This document shows positions 1-8,903 of a stretch of DNA of 64,000 nucleotides, piece by piece. The notes beneath the pieces were generated by a model. The model did no database searches, was not told where the DNA came from, and was given only the letters and a program-made list of their open reading frames with translations. The translations under genes and the position numbers were made by a program. This DNA is from Candidatus Competibacter sp. Its GTDB lineage: Bacteria; Pseudomonadota; Gammaproteobacteria; Competibacterales; Competibacteraceae. Position 1 is the first letter of the stretch. The number at the start of each line of letters is the position of its first letter. The stretch is from contig DAOROA010000010.1 in NCBI GenBank assembly GCA_035441325.1, positions 7,582 through 71,581 of the forward strand. Reading direction: 5' to 3'.

Positions 1-691
1 AACGCGCCTCGTGGGCGTGGGTCGGCGACACCGTGGTCACGAAATTGGAATAGACGATGCCACCTTTCATCAGGTTGACGGCGGTGTGGTTATAATTGTC
101 GCGCAGGCGGTCGAAATTAAAGTAGTGCGAAATGTTGGTTAGGCCAGTGGCCCACAACACGTATTCGCCGGTTAAGCCTTGATGCTTAAAATTGTGGATG
201 GTGTAACAGACTCGCTGCCAGTTCATCCCAGCGTGAGCGTACTGCTCGAACAGCAGAACCGGCACTAAACCGGTCTGCCAGTCATGACAATGGATGATGT
301 CGGGGCGGCGATTATCCTTGAGCAGAAACTCCAACGCCGCCTTGCTGAAAAACGCGAACCGGCTCACATCGTCCGAGAAGCCATAAAAATGGCCGCGATT
401 GAAGAAATTGTCCTGGGAATGGGGCTCGATGAAGAAGCATTTGCGGCCGTGAACGAAGCCGAACCACACCGAGCAATGAACAGCGCCGTTGTACCAGGGC
501 ACCCACAGATCTTTCATGCTGATCTGCAATCCCCAGATTTGGTCGTAGCGCATGCAATCGTATTTCGGCAAGATGATGTGAACCTCGTTGCCGCGGATTT
601 CCAACTCCCGGCTCAGGCCGAAGACCACATCGCCCAGTCCGCCAACTTTCGCTACGGGGGCGCATTCGGGGGCAATCTGTACGATGTACAT
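1..691 (-). CDS. glgA: glycogen/starch synthase GlgA, N-terminal ~230 aa (rest of gene lies beyond the left window edge)
   Basis: Not in the ORF track because it runs off the edge. Reverse-strand reading from the ATG (complement of 689-691) gives MYIVQIAPECAPVAKVGGLGDVVFGLSRELEIRGNEVHIILPKYD...HCHDWQTGLVP...TIHNFKHQG...TVSPTHAHE. This carries the K-x-GGL motif and conserved blocks of glycogen synthase. The frame stays open to position 1. Confidence 0.85.
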   Translation of the reverse strand, partial: MYIVQIAPECAPVAKVGGLGDVVFGLSRELEIRGNEVHIILPKYDCMRYDQIWGLQISMKDLWVPWYNGAVHCSVWFGFVHGRKCFFIEPHSQDNFFNRGHFYGFSDDVSRFAFFSKAALEFLLKDNRRPDIIHCHDWQTGLVPVLLFEQYAHAGMNWQRVCYTIHNFKHQGLTGEYVLWATGLTNISHYFNFDRLRDNYNHTAVNLMKGGIVYSNFVTTVSPTHAHEAR

Positions 692-714
692 AAACCTTTA
701 TCCTTTTTCGTATT

Positions 715-773
715 CCGGGCGCGGGCTTGGCGGTTCAGACTACCTTCTTCCGGAAGGTTCGAACCGCGCCCGG
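715..773 (-). other. GC-rich intercistronic stem-loop between the GH13 gene and glgA
   Basis: Perfect 10-bp inverted repeat ccgggcgcgg (715-724) / ccgcgcccgg (764-773) enclosing a second palindrome cttccggaag (747-756). No U-tract follows, so it may be an mRNA-stability or attenuation element rather than a terminator. Confidence 0.3.
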
Positions 774-784
774 GCCTCTCGTGT

Positions 785-2065
785 TTAGCGTGGCAGATGA
801 TCGCGGCTGGTCGCTAGCACGAACGCCTGGCCAGGTCGCAAGTCGTAAGAAAACGGTCGCGGAATGTATTCCAAGGCATACTCGGGAGAAACGTCCGCAA
901 GCGGTGCACCCGCCTGAATGTAGGTGCTCAAGTTCTCGGCATAGAAATACTGGTGATTCCAAGGATCCTTGTTGAGGATAATCAGCGCTTCTTCGTGGGT
1001 CTTGGCCGAGGCTTTCCACATGACCAAGACGTTCGGGTTTTGATAGGGCAGTACGTTGGTTGGGCACTCTTCCTGAAAGATCTTGTACTGGCGCTTGACG
1101 GCGTTGACGCGGGCGATGAAGTCGCACAAATCAACGTTTGGCTGCTCCCAATCGCTCGGTCGGGTATTGACGACGTGCAAGCGCCGACGGAAACCGTACT
1201 CGAAACCGACCGGGATCATCACGCCGGCCGAGAACAGCGCGGAAAACAAATAGCGCTGCTTCATCGCCGCCACGTTGCCGTTAACTTCCTGGAACAGTCG
1301 CTCGGTATCGTGGCTTTCGGGGAAACTGATCGAAGGAGCGATTTCGCGCACCAAGTGATACTGCTCCATCAACCACGCGCCATGAAAATCCCACCACTTG
1401 GAACTGTTGAACACGTAATCGAAACCGGCCTGGGCAGTTTGCTTGGTCTGGTCGGCGGTGCAACCGAGCGTTTCGGCTGTGAAAACCGTGTCGGGATATT
1501 TTTGGCGAATCTCGTGAATCAATCGGTTCCATAGGTGACCGGGAATCTGGTAGGCCGCGTCGCAGCGGAAACCTTTGAACCCCAATTGCAATAAATACTC
1601 GACGATCTTGTAAAAATAACGATAAAGTCCTTCGGGATCGGAGGTATGCTGGTGGTTGAAACGGGCCAAGTCGCCCCACACTACCTTGTGGCCGTCTTCC
1701 ATGCAGAACGGATGAGCGATGTTGCCGTTTTCCTGGACGAACCATTCGCGATGCTGGCGCGTCAAATCGGAATCGAAAGCGCAGTGGTTGATCACCAAGT
1801 CCACCATCACTTTGAGACCGAGCTTGTCGGCTGTAGCGAGCGCCGTTTGGAGTTGTTGCTCGGGAGAGAGTTTGGAATTCGGATCGGTCAACAGCGGATT
1901 GAGCTGGAAATAATCGGCGATGGAGTACAAGCTACCCGAACTTCCCGGTTTCTGGACCGGGTTCACGAAGAGCCAGTCGAACCCCATGTCGGCGGCTCGT
2001 TCGAAGTGTGGCTCCCAGTTCCCGCAAGGTCCGGCCAGCAAGGGAAAAAGATTGTAGATCAGCAT
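785..2065 (-). CDS. GH13 alpha-amylase-family enzyme (GlgE-like catalytic core)
   Basis: ORF 785..2125. I moved the start to the ATG at 2063-2065 (MLIYNLFPLLAG...), which has GGGGAG just upstream. GH13 blocks are present: MGFDWLFVNPV, GFRCDAAY, AETLG, FPESHD. The gene sits directly upstream of glgA on the same strand. Confidence 0.8.
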   Translation of the reverse strand: MLIYNLFPLLAGPCGNWEPHFERAADMGFDWLFVNPVQKPGSSGSLYSIADYFQLNPLLTDPNSKLSPEQQLQTALATADKLGLKVMVDLVINHCAFDSDLTRQHREWFVQENGNIAHPFCMEDGHKVVWGDLARFNHQHTSDPEGLYRYFYKIVEYLLQLGFKGFRCDAAYQIPGHLWNRLIHEIRQKYPDTVFTAETLGCTADQTKQTAQAGFDYVFNSSKWWDFHGAWLMEQYHLVREIAPSISFPESHDTERLFQEVNGNVAAMKQRYLFSALFSAGVMIPVGFEYGFRRRLHVVNTRPSDWEQPNVDLCDFIARVNAVKRQYKIFQEECPTNVLPYQNPNVLVMWKASAKTHEEALIILNKDPWNHQYFYAENLSTYIQAGAPLADVSPEYALEYIPRPFSYDLRPGQAFVLATSRDHLPR

Positions 2066-2295
2066 AGCGACTCCCCTGAGTTCTTCGTTCTGGTTCCCGA
2101 AACGCGACAAAACGCGCCCGAGCAAGATCGCGCCCGTTCAAGCGCAGAACATAATTTAAAAATCGTATCACGAAACCTTGGCGCCAGCAGCTCGTATGTA
2201 GCTGGAACACACCGGCCAACCAAGAAACGGCGCGAACGCAGCTCGACGGATTGCGCCCGGCCGCTTTCCGCCAACTGGCTCTTCGGCTGCGGCCA

Positions 2296-2574
2296 TCACA
2301 AATCGATGGCGAACCAAGCCGCTCGCTGCGGGATGTCATCCGCAACGGGTGGTGATGGCGCGACGGCCATCGCCGGCGCTACCGCGGTATCCACGGAAGT
2401 CGTTGGCGATACTGCAAGGCAAACATCGAGAAATTCGCGGATAGCATCGATGCACTTGCCGCACTCGATGCCCACCCCGAAACGCGCGCTCACGTCTCCG
2501 ACGGTACGGTCGCCCTGCTCGACTGCCTGCCGGATTTGCTGGTCGGAAACCGCTTTACAGATACATAAATACAT
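2296..2574 (-). CDS. bfd: bacterioferritin-associated ferredoxin-like (2Fe-2S) protein with C-terminal extension
   Basis: ORF 2296..2625, start taken at the ATG at 2572-2574. MYLCICKAVSDQQIRQAVEQG...GIECGKCID shows the C-x-C...C-x2-C BFD-like [2Fe-2S] pattern. Confidence 0.7.
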   Translation of the reverse strand: MYLCICKAVSDQQIRQAVEQGDRTVGDVSARFGVGIECGKCIDAIREFLDVCLAVSPTTSVDTAVAPAMAVAPSPPVADDIPQRAAWFAIDL

Positions 2575-2913
2575 CGATTGAACTCCCCCGATCCGAGTCC
2601 TGATCACTCGGTTTGCGACATGCAATACAAAGACTACCCGCGAGCGGTTTGGTTGCGGCTCTTGCTACGAGTTCGACGAAATCGGACACTGATAGCTTGG
2701 AGTTAGGAGCATACCAGCATCATCCGAACGCAAGCGGAGCAAATCGCTCGAATCCGCTGGCCAAATCCGAGCCACGCCGACGAAACCACCGAGGGCAAGC
2801 TGGCCGCTTGCAGCACGCAATACCGACCACGCGGCTTCGGTTGTCGATTGCAGCGATGTGGACACTAAACCATCGGTTCGCCAACCGCGAACCCACAACA
2901 CCAAAACTGGCCG

Positions 2914-3621
2914 ATGACTCATCTTGACCACCCGATCGCTCTCATCCCCGCTTACAACGAAGAAGCCACGGTCGGCATCATCGTCGGCCAAATCCGTCAA
3001 ACGTGGGGCTGTCCGGTTGTGGTCATCGACGACTGCAGCACCGATGCCACCGCCCGGATCGCTCGCATGGCCGGCGCTATCGTTTTGCCCTTAGCCCTGC
3101 AACTTGGCGCCTGGGGCGCGATCCAAACCGGCCTGCGTTATGCCCTGCGCCAAGGTTACCGGACCGCCATCACGCTCGATGCCGATGGCCAGCACAAACC
3201 GGATCGCATCGGCGAACTGTTGGAACCGCTCGTCGCCAATCGAGCCGATGTTGCCATCGGCGCTTTTCCCGAACGAGCCAGCCGCGCTCGCAGGATCGCC
3301 TGGCTCTATTTCCGGTGGCTTACCGGCCTGAAACTGGAAGACATCACTTCTGGCTTTCGAGCCTACAATCACGCCGCGATGGTGGTGCTCGCCACCCAAG
3401 AAGCCAGCCTGCTGGACTATCAGGACGTCGGCGTGCTCCTGATCCTCCGCCGCAAAGGGCTAAGAATCACCGAGGTACCGGTACCGATGCAACCGCGGGC
3501 CCAAGGCGCTTCGCGCGTGTTCCGCTCCTGGTGGGCGGTAGGACAATACATGTTGCAAACTAGCGTGCTCTGCCTTGCGCGGGTCGGTAACAGCCGCCCG
3601 TCACCCGCACTCGACGATTGA
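2914..3621 (+). CDS. family 2 glycosyltransferase, Dpm1/GtrB-like polyprenyl-phosphate sugar synthase type
   Basis: IALIPAYNEEATVG...VVVIDDCSTDAT...TLDADGQH are typical GT2 N-terminal and DxD blocks. ATG verified at 2914. Confidence 0.8.
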   Translation: MTHLDHPIALIPAYNEEATVGIIVGQIRQTWGCPVVVIDDCSTDATARIARMAGAIVLPLALQLGAWGAIQTGLRYALRQGYRTAITLDADGQHKPDRIGELLEPLVANRADVAIGAFPERASRARRIAWLYFRWLTGLKLEDITSGFRAYNHAAMVVLATQEASLLDYQDVGVLLILRRKGLRITEVPVPMQPRAQGASRVFRSWWAVGQYMLQTSVLCLARVGNSRPSPALDD

Positions 3622-3633
3622 GAAGCCGGATCC

Positions 3634-4044
3634 ATGATCACGTATCAAATCACTTCGACGGTGATCGGCGTCGTTCTTGCCGCCATCATCTTATTGTTGG
3701 TCCGACGCGATCACCTGCACGGCCCCTATGCGATCTGGTGGATCGGAGCCGCCGCGACCGTCGGAATATTGGGGTTCTTTCCAAGATTCTTCGACTACTT
3801 GGCCGGCCATCTGGGGGTTCGATATCCGCCGATTCTAGCTATCGTGCTGGGATTGGGATTGCTGCTGATCAAGATCCTGACCATGGATCTAGAACGCTCC
3901 CGGCAGGAACGGCTGATTCGTCGCCTGACGCAACGGTTGGCAATGCTGGAAGCGCGCGGACCGCTGCCGGAGGCAGAGCGGACGGAAGAAATCGCAGCGG
4001 GCAAAGAAAGCGGCGACCGCAAACCCAACCCTACCGGGCAATAG
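3634..4044 (+). CDS. small 4-TM membrane protein, DUF2304-like
   Basis: MITYQITSTVIGVVLAAIILLLVRRDHLHGPYAIWWIG... followed by a charged coiled tail. This family is commonly paired with Dpm1-like GT2 genes. It starts 12 nt after the GT2 stop. Confidence 0.6.
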   Translation: MITYQITSTVIGVVLAAIILLLVRRDHLHGPYAIWWIGAAATVGILGFFPRFFDYLAGHLGVRYPPILAIVLGLGLLLIKILTMDLERSRQERLIRRLTQRLAMLEARGPLPEAERTEEIAAGKESGDRKPNPTGQ

Positions 4045-4046
4045 CG

Positions 4047-5210
4047 ATGCGCGTCCTGCACGTCGGCAAATATTATCCGCCGTTCGCCGGGGGCATGGAG
4101 CATTTTTTGGCCGATCTGCTACCAGCGCTTCAAACGCAAGGCGTCGCCGCAGCAGCCTTGGTGCACGACGAACAGCGCGGCCGGCATGGACCGTGGCCGG
4201 CGCCATCCGATCCCTTACCCATTTACCGCGCCCCCTGTCACGGCCAGTTGCTCTATGCTCCGCTCAGTCCAGCATTTCCGTTCTGGCTCAATCGGGCGAT
4301 TCGCGAATTTCGACCCGATTTGCTCCACTTACACTTGCCCAACACCTCGGCGTTTTGGGGGCTGGCCATTCCCAGCGCCCGCCGTTTACCGTGGATCGTG
4401 CAGTGGCAATCCGATGTCGTGACATCCACGATTGACCGCCGGCTGGCGCTAGCCTATCGCTTATACCGGCCGCTGGAGCAACGGCTATTGGCCGCCAGCA
4501 GGGCGGTGATCGCCACCTCGCCGCCTTATCTGGACGCCAGCCTCGCCTTGAAGCCGTGGCGCGACCGTTGTCACGTCATCCCCCTCGGATTCGATCCGAA
4601 CCGGTTTCCCGATCCCGATCCGGCGGCGCTGGCACGGGCGGCGGCGGCATGGGGCGAAACCGCCTTCCGGATACTGGCGATCGGTCGGCTGACTTACTAC
4701 AAAGGTCACGAAGTGCTGATCCGTGCCGCCGCCAAACTGTCGGCCAGCCGCATCCTCATCGTCGGAACCGGCGACCGGCGAGAACGGTTAGCGGAACTGA
4801 TCCGGTCGATGGAACTCGATGACCGGGTCATTTTGTCCGGTTTCCAGCCCGAGGCCGATCTCGATGCTCTGCTGGCGAGTTGCGACGTGCTCTGCCTGCC
4901 ATCGCTGGAGCGCACCGAAGCCTTCGGTTTAGTGTTGCTGGAAGCGATGCGCTTCGGCAAACCGGTGGTAGTCAGCGACATTCCCGGTTCTGGTACCGGC
5001 TGGGTCGTGCGACAAGCCAACCACGGTTTGTTGACACCACCCGGCGATCCTGCAGCACTCGCCAAAGCGCTGCGCGAACTGCAACACAACCCTCTCCAGC
5101 GGCAAACGCTCGGCCGGTCCGGCGCGGCGGCGCTGCAAGACCGGTTCGGTATCGGGTCGGTCGCGGCCGCCGTGGCCGATTTATACCGGCGGGTACTCGC
5201 CGCCGGTTGA
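4047..5210 (+). CDS. family 4 (GT-B) glycosyltransferase
   Basis: ORF 3618..5210 trimmed to the ATG at 4047 (MRVLHVGKYYPPFAGGMEHF...), because the upstream part overlaps the DUF2304-like gene in another frame. The E-x7-E block EAFGLVLLEAMRFGKPVV is present. Confidence 0.85.
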   Translation: MRVLHVGKYYPPFAGGMEHFLADLLPALQTQGVAAAALVHDEQRGRHGPWPAPSDPLPIYRAPCHGQLLYAPLSPAFPFWLNRAIREFRPDLLHLHLPNTSAFWGLAIPSARRLPWIVQWQSDVVTSTIDRRLALAYRLYRPLEQRLLAASRAVIATSPPYLDASLALKPWRDRCHVIPLGFDPNRFPDPDPAALARAAAAWGETAFRILAIGRLTYYKGHEVLIRAAAKLSASRILIVGTGDRRERLAELIRSMELDDRVILSGFQPEADLDALLASCDVLCLPSLERTEAFGLVLLEAMRFGKPVVVSDIPGSGTGWVVRQANHGLLTPPGDPAALAKALRELQHNPLQRQTLGRSGAAALQDRFGIGSVAAAVADLYRRVLAAG

Positions 5211-6674
5211 GGGACCGGCTTCGCTGGGCGAATACCGGTTTTGCCGGCCGTTCTCGCAGGATGGATGCGATGGCACGAATACCATCATCACCCAGAAGAG
5301 CAACGCGGGAACAAAATGCAGGAATACCCGGTTGATGCTGGTGTACTGCTCAGCCCAACGTTGGGCGTCGGTCAAAAAGAACAACACGAACAACATCAGC
5401 AAGCAAGAGCCAACGAAAACGGCCGCAGCGCTTCGCCAACGCGCCTTCGGCAAACCGGGTACCGCCACCGCGACCGCCACCAGCGCCAGATACCAAAACA
5501 AATGCCAGTTGGCCAGCACGAAGAAATTCTTCAGCACCGGTCCCCACGTACCGCGGTAACCTAAATTAAACCGCCCTAGATAAGGCACTTCGATCAAATC
5601 CGGCCGCAGCCGGAACCATCCCCATCCTGGCAGGTTAAAGGTCACGCCACCCACCGACCACCAAACGATTCCCAGTACTACCGCTATTCCGGCCATCAGC
5701 CACAACGACCATCCGCGCAGCCAGACGACCAGCAACGCGGGAACGAACATCGACAGCCAGACCGCGCCCTCCAGCTTGATCAGCGGACACGCCAGGGCCA
5801 ACAACAACGCCAAAATGCCTTGTCGACGATCACCGTTTCGCAACCATTGAAAAAACGCGATGGCGGCCAACCCAAAGACCAAAGCCATCCACAGATCGGC
5901 ATAACCGGCCAGGGCAACATGGGTATTCAAGATCGGCAGCGACAACGACAACCACGTAAAAACCAGCGCCGTCAAGGACGCAGCGCCCCACAGCCGCGCC
6001 TGCCCGTAAAAACCAAATCCCAGCGCTAGCGCCGCTCCGAACCACGGCAGGTTGGCGGCGGTTTCGTTCCAGGCGCCGAAGGCCAGCGTCGGCCACAACG
6101 CCAGCAACGGCACCGTGGCTGGATAGGTCCAAGCCTCAATGGCGTAAACCGATCCGCTCGCGTCGGCCAACCAGCGACGAGGATCGACGAACGGCACCCA
6201 CTCCCGCAATTCCGACCAAACCCTTGGGCGGACGGTCCAAGTCGTCCACGCGTCCCACGGATATAGCGGCCGCCACCAGATTTCCTGCGCCAATCCCGCC
6301 AGCCGCCAGCCAAGCCAAGCCAACAACAACGCAAACAGCGCGCGCTGCCAAAACGGCTGCTCGCACCAACTTCGTTCCAGGCGGTTCGCGGATAAATCGA
6401 GGCGATCGACGCGACGCGCTTGCCGCCACGCCAACCACCCGCCCATCAACGCCAACGCCGCCAGCACCGACAACGGACCGATAACGCTTGGCCGAAATCC
6501 CAGCGCTGCCTGGAGGCGAAGTAACAGAGAAGCCGCTAGCGATCCCAGCAAGTAGCCATAGCCCAGCGCCAGCGGCCAAACGCCAGCCGAAGCGTCACGC
6601 CAAACTCCGCGTACCCATAAAGCGCCGGTCAGCCACGGCAAGGCTAGCGCCAATCCTACGAGCCACCACGCCAT
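5181..6674 (-). CDS. polytopic inner-membrane protein (10 or more hydrophobic spans), possible GT-C-type transferase or polymerase
   Basis: A 497-aa ORF that is almost entirely hydrophobic helices rich in W/L/A. ATG verified at 6672-6674. Its 3' end overlaps the convergent GT4 gene by 30 nt. Confidence 0.6.
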   Translation of the reverse strand: MAWWLVGLALALPWLTGALWVRGVWRDASAGVWPLALGYGYLLGSLAASLLLRLQAALGFRPSVIGPLSVLAALALMGGWLAWRQARRVDRLDLSANRLERSWCEQPFWQRALFALLLAWLGWRLAGLAQEIWWRPLYPWDAWTTWTVRPRVWSELREWVPFVDPRRWLADASGSVYAIEAWTYPATVPLLALWPTLAFGAWNETAANLPWFGAALALGFGFYGQARLWGAASLTALVFTWLSLSLPILNTHVALAGYADLWMALVFGLAAIAFFQWLRNGDRRQGILALLLALACPLIKLEGAVWLSMFVPALLVVWLRGWSLWLMAGIAVVLGIVWWSVGGVTFNLPGWGWFRLRPDLIEVPYLGRFNLGYRGTWGPVLKNFFVLANWHLFWYLALVAVAVAVPGLPKARWRSAAAVFVGSCLLMLFVLFFLTDAQRWAEQYTSINRVFLHFVPALLFWVMMVFVPSHPSCENGRQNRYSPSEAGPSTGGEYPPV

Positions 6675-6680
6675 CGCCCC

Positions 6681-7877
6681 TTACCCTCCCAGAACTCGAA
6701 GCAATACACCCCGAGCCGACGCATGGAGCATTTCTGCGGGCAACTGACCTTTCGTCCACTCCAGCATTTTGCGTTCGTGGTCGTAGCGCACTCCGGCTAG
6801 AGGCGACAAAATCAGGACGTAATCACCTTCGCGCGCCGCGTTGGCCGTCGGCGGTTGAGAAAATCCCATAAAACCGTTATGCGGCAGCAAATGATAGCGA
6901 GCGCGACCGGCCCAATAGCCGCCGGGATCGGAACTGACGACGAACAACCGGCACGGCCGTTCGGGCAACCGTCGGCGAACTTCTAGCAAGAAGCGATACA
7001 AGTCGCCATCCAAATCCGCCAGCCGCCGCTCGTCTCCTTCTTTTCCTGCGAAGCGAGCCTCGGTCTGCGCTAGCCGCCTGCTCAAATCCCATTCCCAACG
7101 CAAGTCCAGCGCCAGCCAACCCACCAAGAACAGGGCAACATATGGCCACCGTTGCTCGACAGCACGGCGCGACGATCCAAACGCCGCATACAGCGAAACG
7201 CTGAAACCAATCCAGAGCGCCACGACCAGCACCGGCGGAAACAGCGCGTTCGGCGGCGCACCGGCCGCATAATTGATAGAACGCTGGTTCCAATCTTCGA
7301 ACGTCGTCCATTCATCGACCGCCCAGCCCAGCAGTTCGGTGACGGTGGGTACCAGCGGTTGCAATTCCAGGCGGCGGATAACCAACGGCTGCCGCAGCGA
7401 GCCACTCAGGGCCAAGCCCACGACGGCGATCCGATCCTGCCAGCGCGGCTCCGCCCCCAGATCCAGCGCCCCTCCTTCCGGTCCCACCGACGGCAATACC
7501 AGTTCTTGCACAGTGCCCGGCTCAGCGAACGTGGTCCAGATCAGCCGCAATTCTTGGCCTGGATCTAACCCATCCACCTGCCAGAACAAGCGGCGATATA
7601 ACGCCGCCCGAGCCATCCGGCTCGATCCTCGCACTATCGTCAACTCCTGCGGACCCGGTTGACGGACTTCTAGGCCAGCCGGCGTTTTTTCGCCTTGGCC
7701 GCTGACCAGTTGTAGATCGTTCCCGGTCAACACCACCGGAGACGCCACGCTCGGCAATCCCCCAGCACGATAAAACAAGATCAAAATCAGCACGGTCACC
7801 ACGGCGCCGCCCACCGCCGCTAGCACAATCCCACTTATCGACCGCAGCCCATCTTTCGCATGCCACGACTCCCTCAT
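6681..7877 (-). CDS. membrane protein of unknown function (N-terminal TM, ~200-aa exported domain, 2-3 further TMs, C-terminal domain)
   Basis: ORF 6681..7925. I prefer the start at the ATG at 7875-7877 (MRESWHAK...), which forms an ATGA overlap with the stop of the upstream epimerase gene. The stop lies 6 nt before the next gene's start. Confidence 0.55.
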   Translation of the reverse strand: MRESWHAKDGLRSISGIVLAAVGGAVVTVLILILFYRAGGLPSVASPVVLTGNDLQLVSGQGEKTPAGLEVRQPGPQELTIVRGSSRMARAALYRRLFWQVDGLDPGQELRLIWTTFAEPGTVQELVLPSVGPEGGALDLGAEPRWQDRIAVVGLALSGSLRQPLVIRRLELQPLVPTVTELLGWAVDEWTTFEDWNQRSINYAAGAPPNALFPPVLVVALWIGFSVSLYAAFGSSRRAVEQRWPYVALFLVGWLALDLRWEWDLSRRLAQTEARFAGKEGDERRLADLDGDLYRFLLEVRRRLPERPCRLFVVSSDPGGYWAGRARYHLLPHNGFMGFSQPPTANAAREGDYVLILSPLAGVRYDHERKMLEWTKGQLPAEMLHASARGVLLRVLGG

Positions 7878-8881
7878 TCGCGTAATCCTTGCAGCTCGAT
7901 TTTGCAATAGCGATCCAGCGTCCAAGCAGGCTTGTATCCCAATTCGGCGCTAATTCGCCTGGAATCGTAGCAAGCCCAGCCCAGCAATTTATCCAGCGTT
8001 GCCCGAACCTTTCGATGGCGCCGGCCCGCCAGCATCAACGCGCTATCCATCAACTTGGCCACGCCGTACAGAACGTTCGCTGGTACGGTCCAGCGCGGCA
8101 CCGAAAGACCGTATGCCCGACGGGCGGTAACGTACAGCTCTCGCCCCGAGTAGGGCCGGCCATCGGTCACGAAATAGGTCTTGCCAGCGGCGGCACGGTT
8201 AGCGGCCAGCATTACCGCCAGCACTACATCGTCCACATGAACCAACGAGCGACGGTTACCCGTTTCGGGCAGAGGCGGAAACCAACCGCGCTGCGCGGCT
8301 TTGATCAGCCGCGCTAGATTCGCTTTCATGCCGGGTCCATAGACTAACGCCAGCCGTAGATTGACCGCGTGCATTCCCCGCTCGCGCCCCATCGCCAAGA
8401 CTCGCTCTTCGGCGGCACGCTTGGCTCGACCATAAGGCGTCTCGGGCGGCGCATCCCAGTTTTCGTTGACGCAGCGTGATCCGGGGTCACCCACCGCTTT
8501 GACGGTGCTGAGAAAAACGAATCTCCCGACTCCGGCAGCCACCGCCGCATCGAGTAGCCGAAAAGTTCCCTCCGCATTCACCGCCCAGTGCCGGGCAGCG
8601 AAGTCTGGAGTATCCGCCGCGTCGGCGTGAGCGAAGCCAGCGGCATGGACGACTGTGTCGATACCGCCACAAGCCCGCATCAGGCTGACGTTAGCCGCAA
8701 GATCGCCATCCACAATCTCCACGTCAGACCAATCAGTCGGTATCGTGCTGCCCGGCCGTACCAAAATCCGCAATCGCGCGCCGCGCTCCCGCAACGCGGC
8801 GACCAACCGGCGGCCGATGAAACCGGTCGCGCCGGTCACCAACACGGAACGCCCCGCATAAGAACTCTCTCCGTCGTCCAT
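7874..8881 (-). CDS. NAD-dependent sugar epimerase/dehydratase (extended SDR)
   Basis: VLVTGATGFIGRRL Rossmann motif and the YGRAK catalytic Y-x3-K. ATG verified at 8879-8881. Confidence 0.85.
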   Translation of the reverse strand: MDDGESSYAGRSVLVTGATGFIGRRLVAALRERGARLRILVRPGSTIPTDWSDVEIVDGDLAANVSLMRACGGIDTVVHAAGFAHADAADTPDFAARHWAVNAEGTFRLLDAAVAAGVGRFVFLSTVKAVGDPGSRCVNENWDAPPETPYGRAKRAAEERVLAMGRERGMHAVNLRLALVYGPGMKANLARLIKAAQRGWFPPLPETGNRRSLVHVDDVVLAVMLAANRAAAGKTYFVTDGRPYSGRELYVTARRAYGLSVPRWTVPANVLYGVAKLMDSALMLAGRRHRKVRATLDKLLGWACYDSRRISAELGYKPAWTLDRYCKIELQGLRE

Positions 8882-8903
8882 TCGCCACCCGAACCTGGCA
8901 CCT

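Noticed and set aside
757-766. GGTTCGAACC, resembling a tRNA T-arm
   Set aside because: No acceptor stem, D-arm or anticodon arm can be built around it. It is part of the nested palindromes of the glgA-upstream hairpin.
284-817. 177-aa plus-strand ORF at the left edge
   Set aside because: It lies antisense to the glgA N-terminal coding region, which the ORF track misses only because it runs off the window.
3618-4046. N-terminal 143 aa of the 530-aa ORF 3618..5210
   Set aside because: It is Arg-rich and overlaps the well-formed DUF2304-like membrane-protein gene in another frame. The GT4 domain begins at MRVLHVGKYYPP (ATG at 4047), which is the normal N-terminus of such enzymes.
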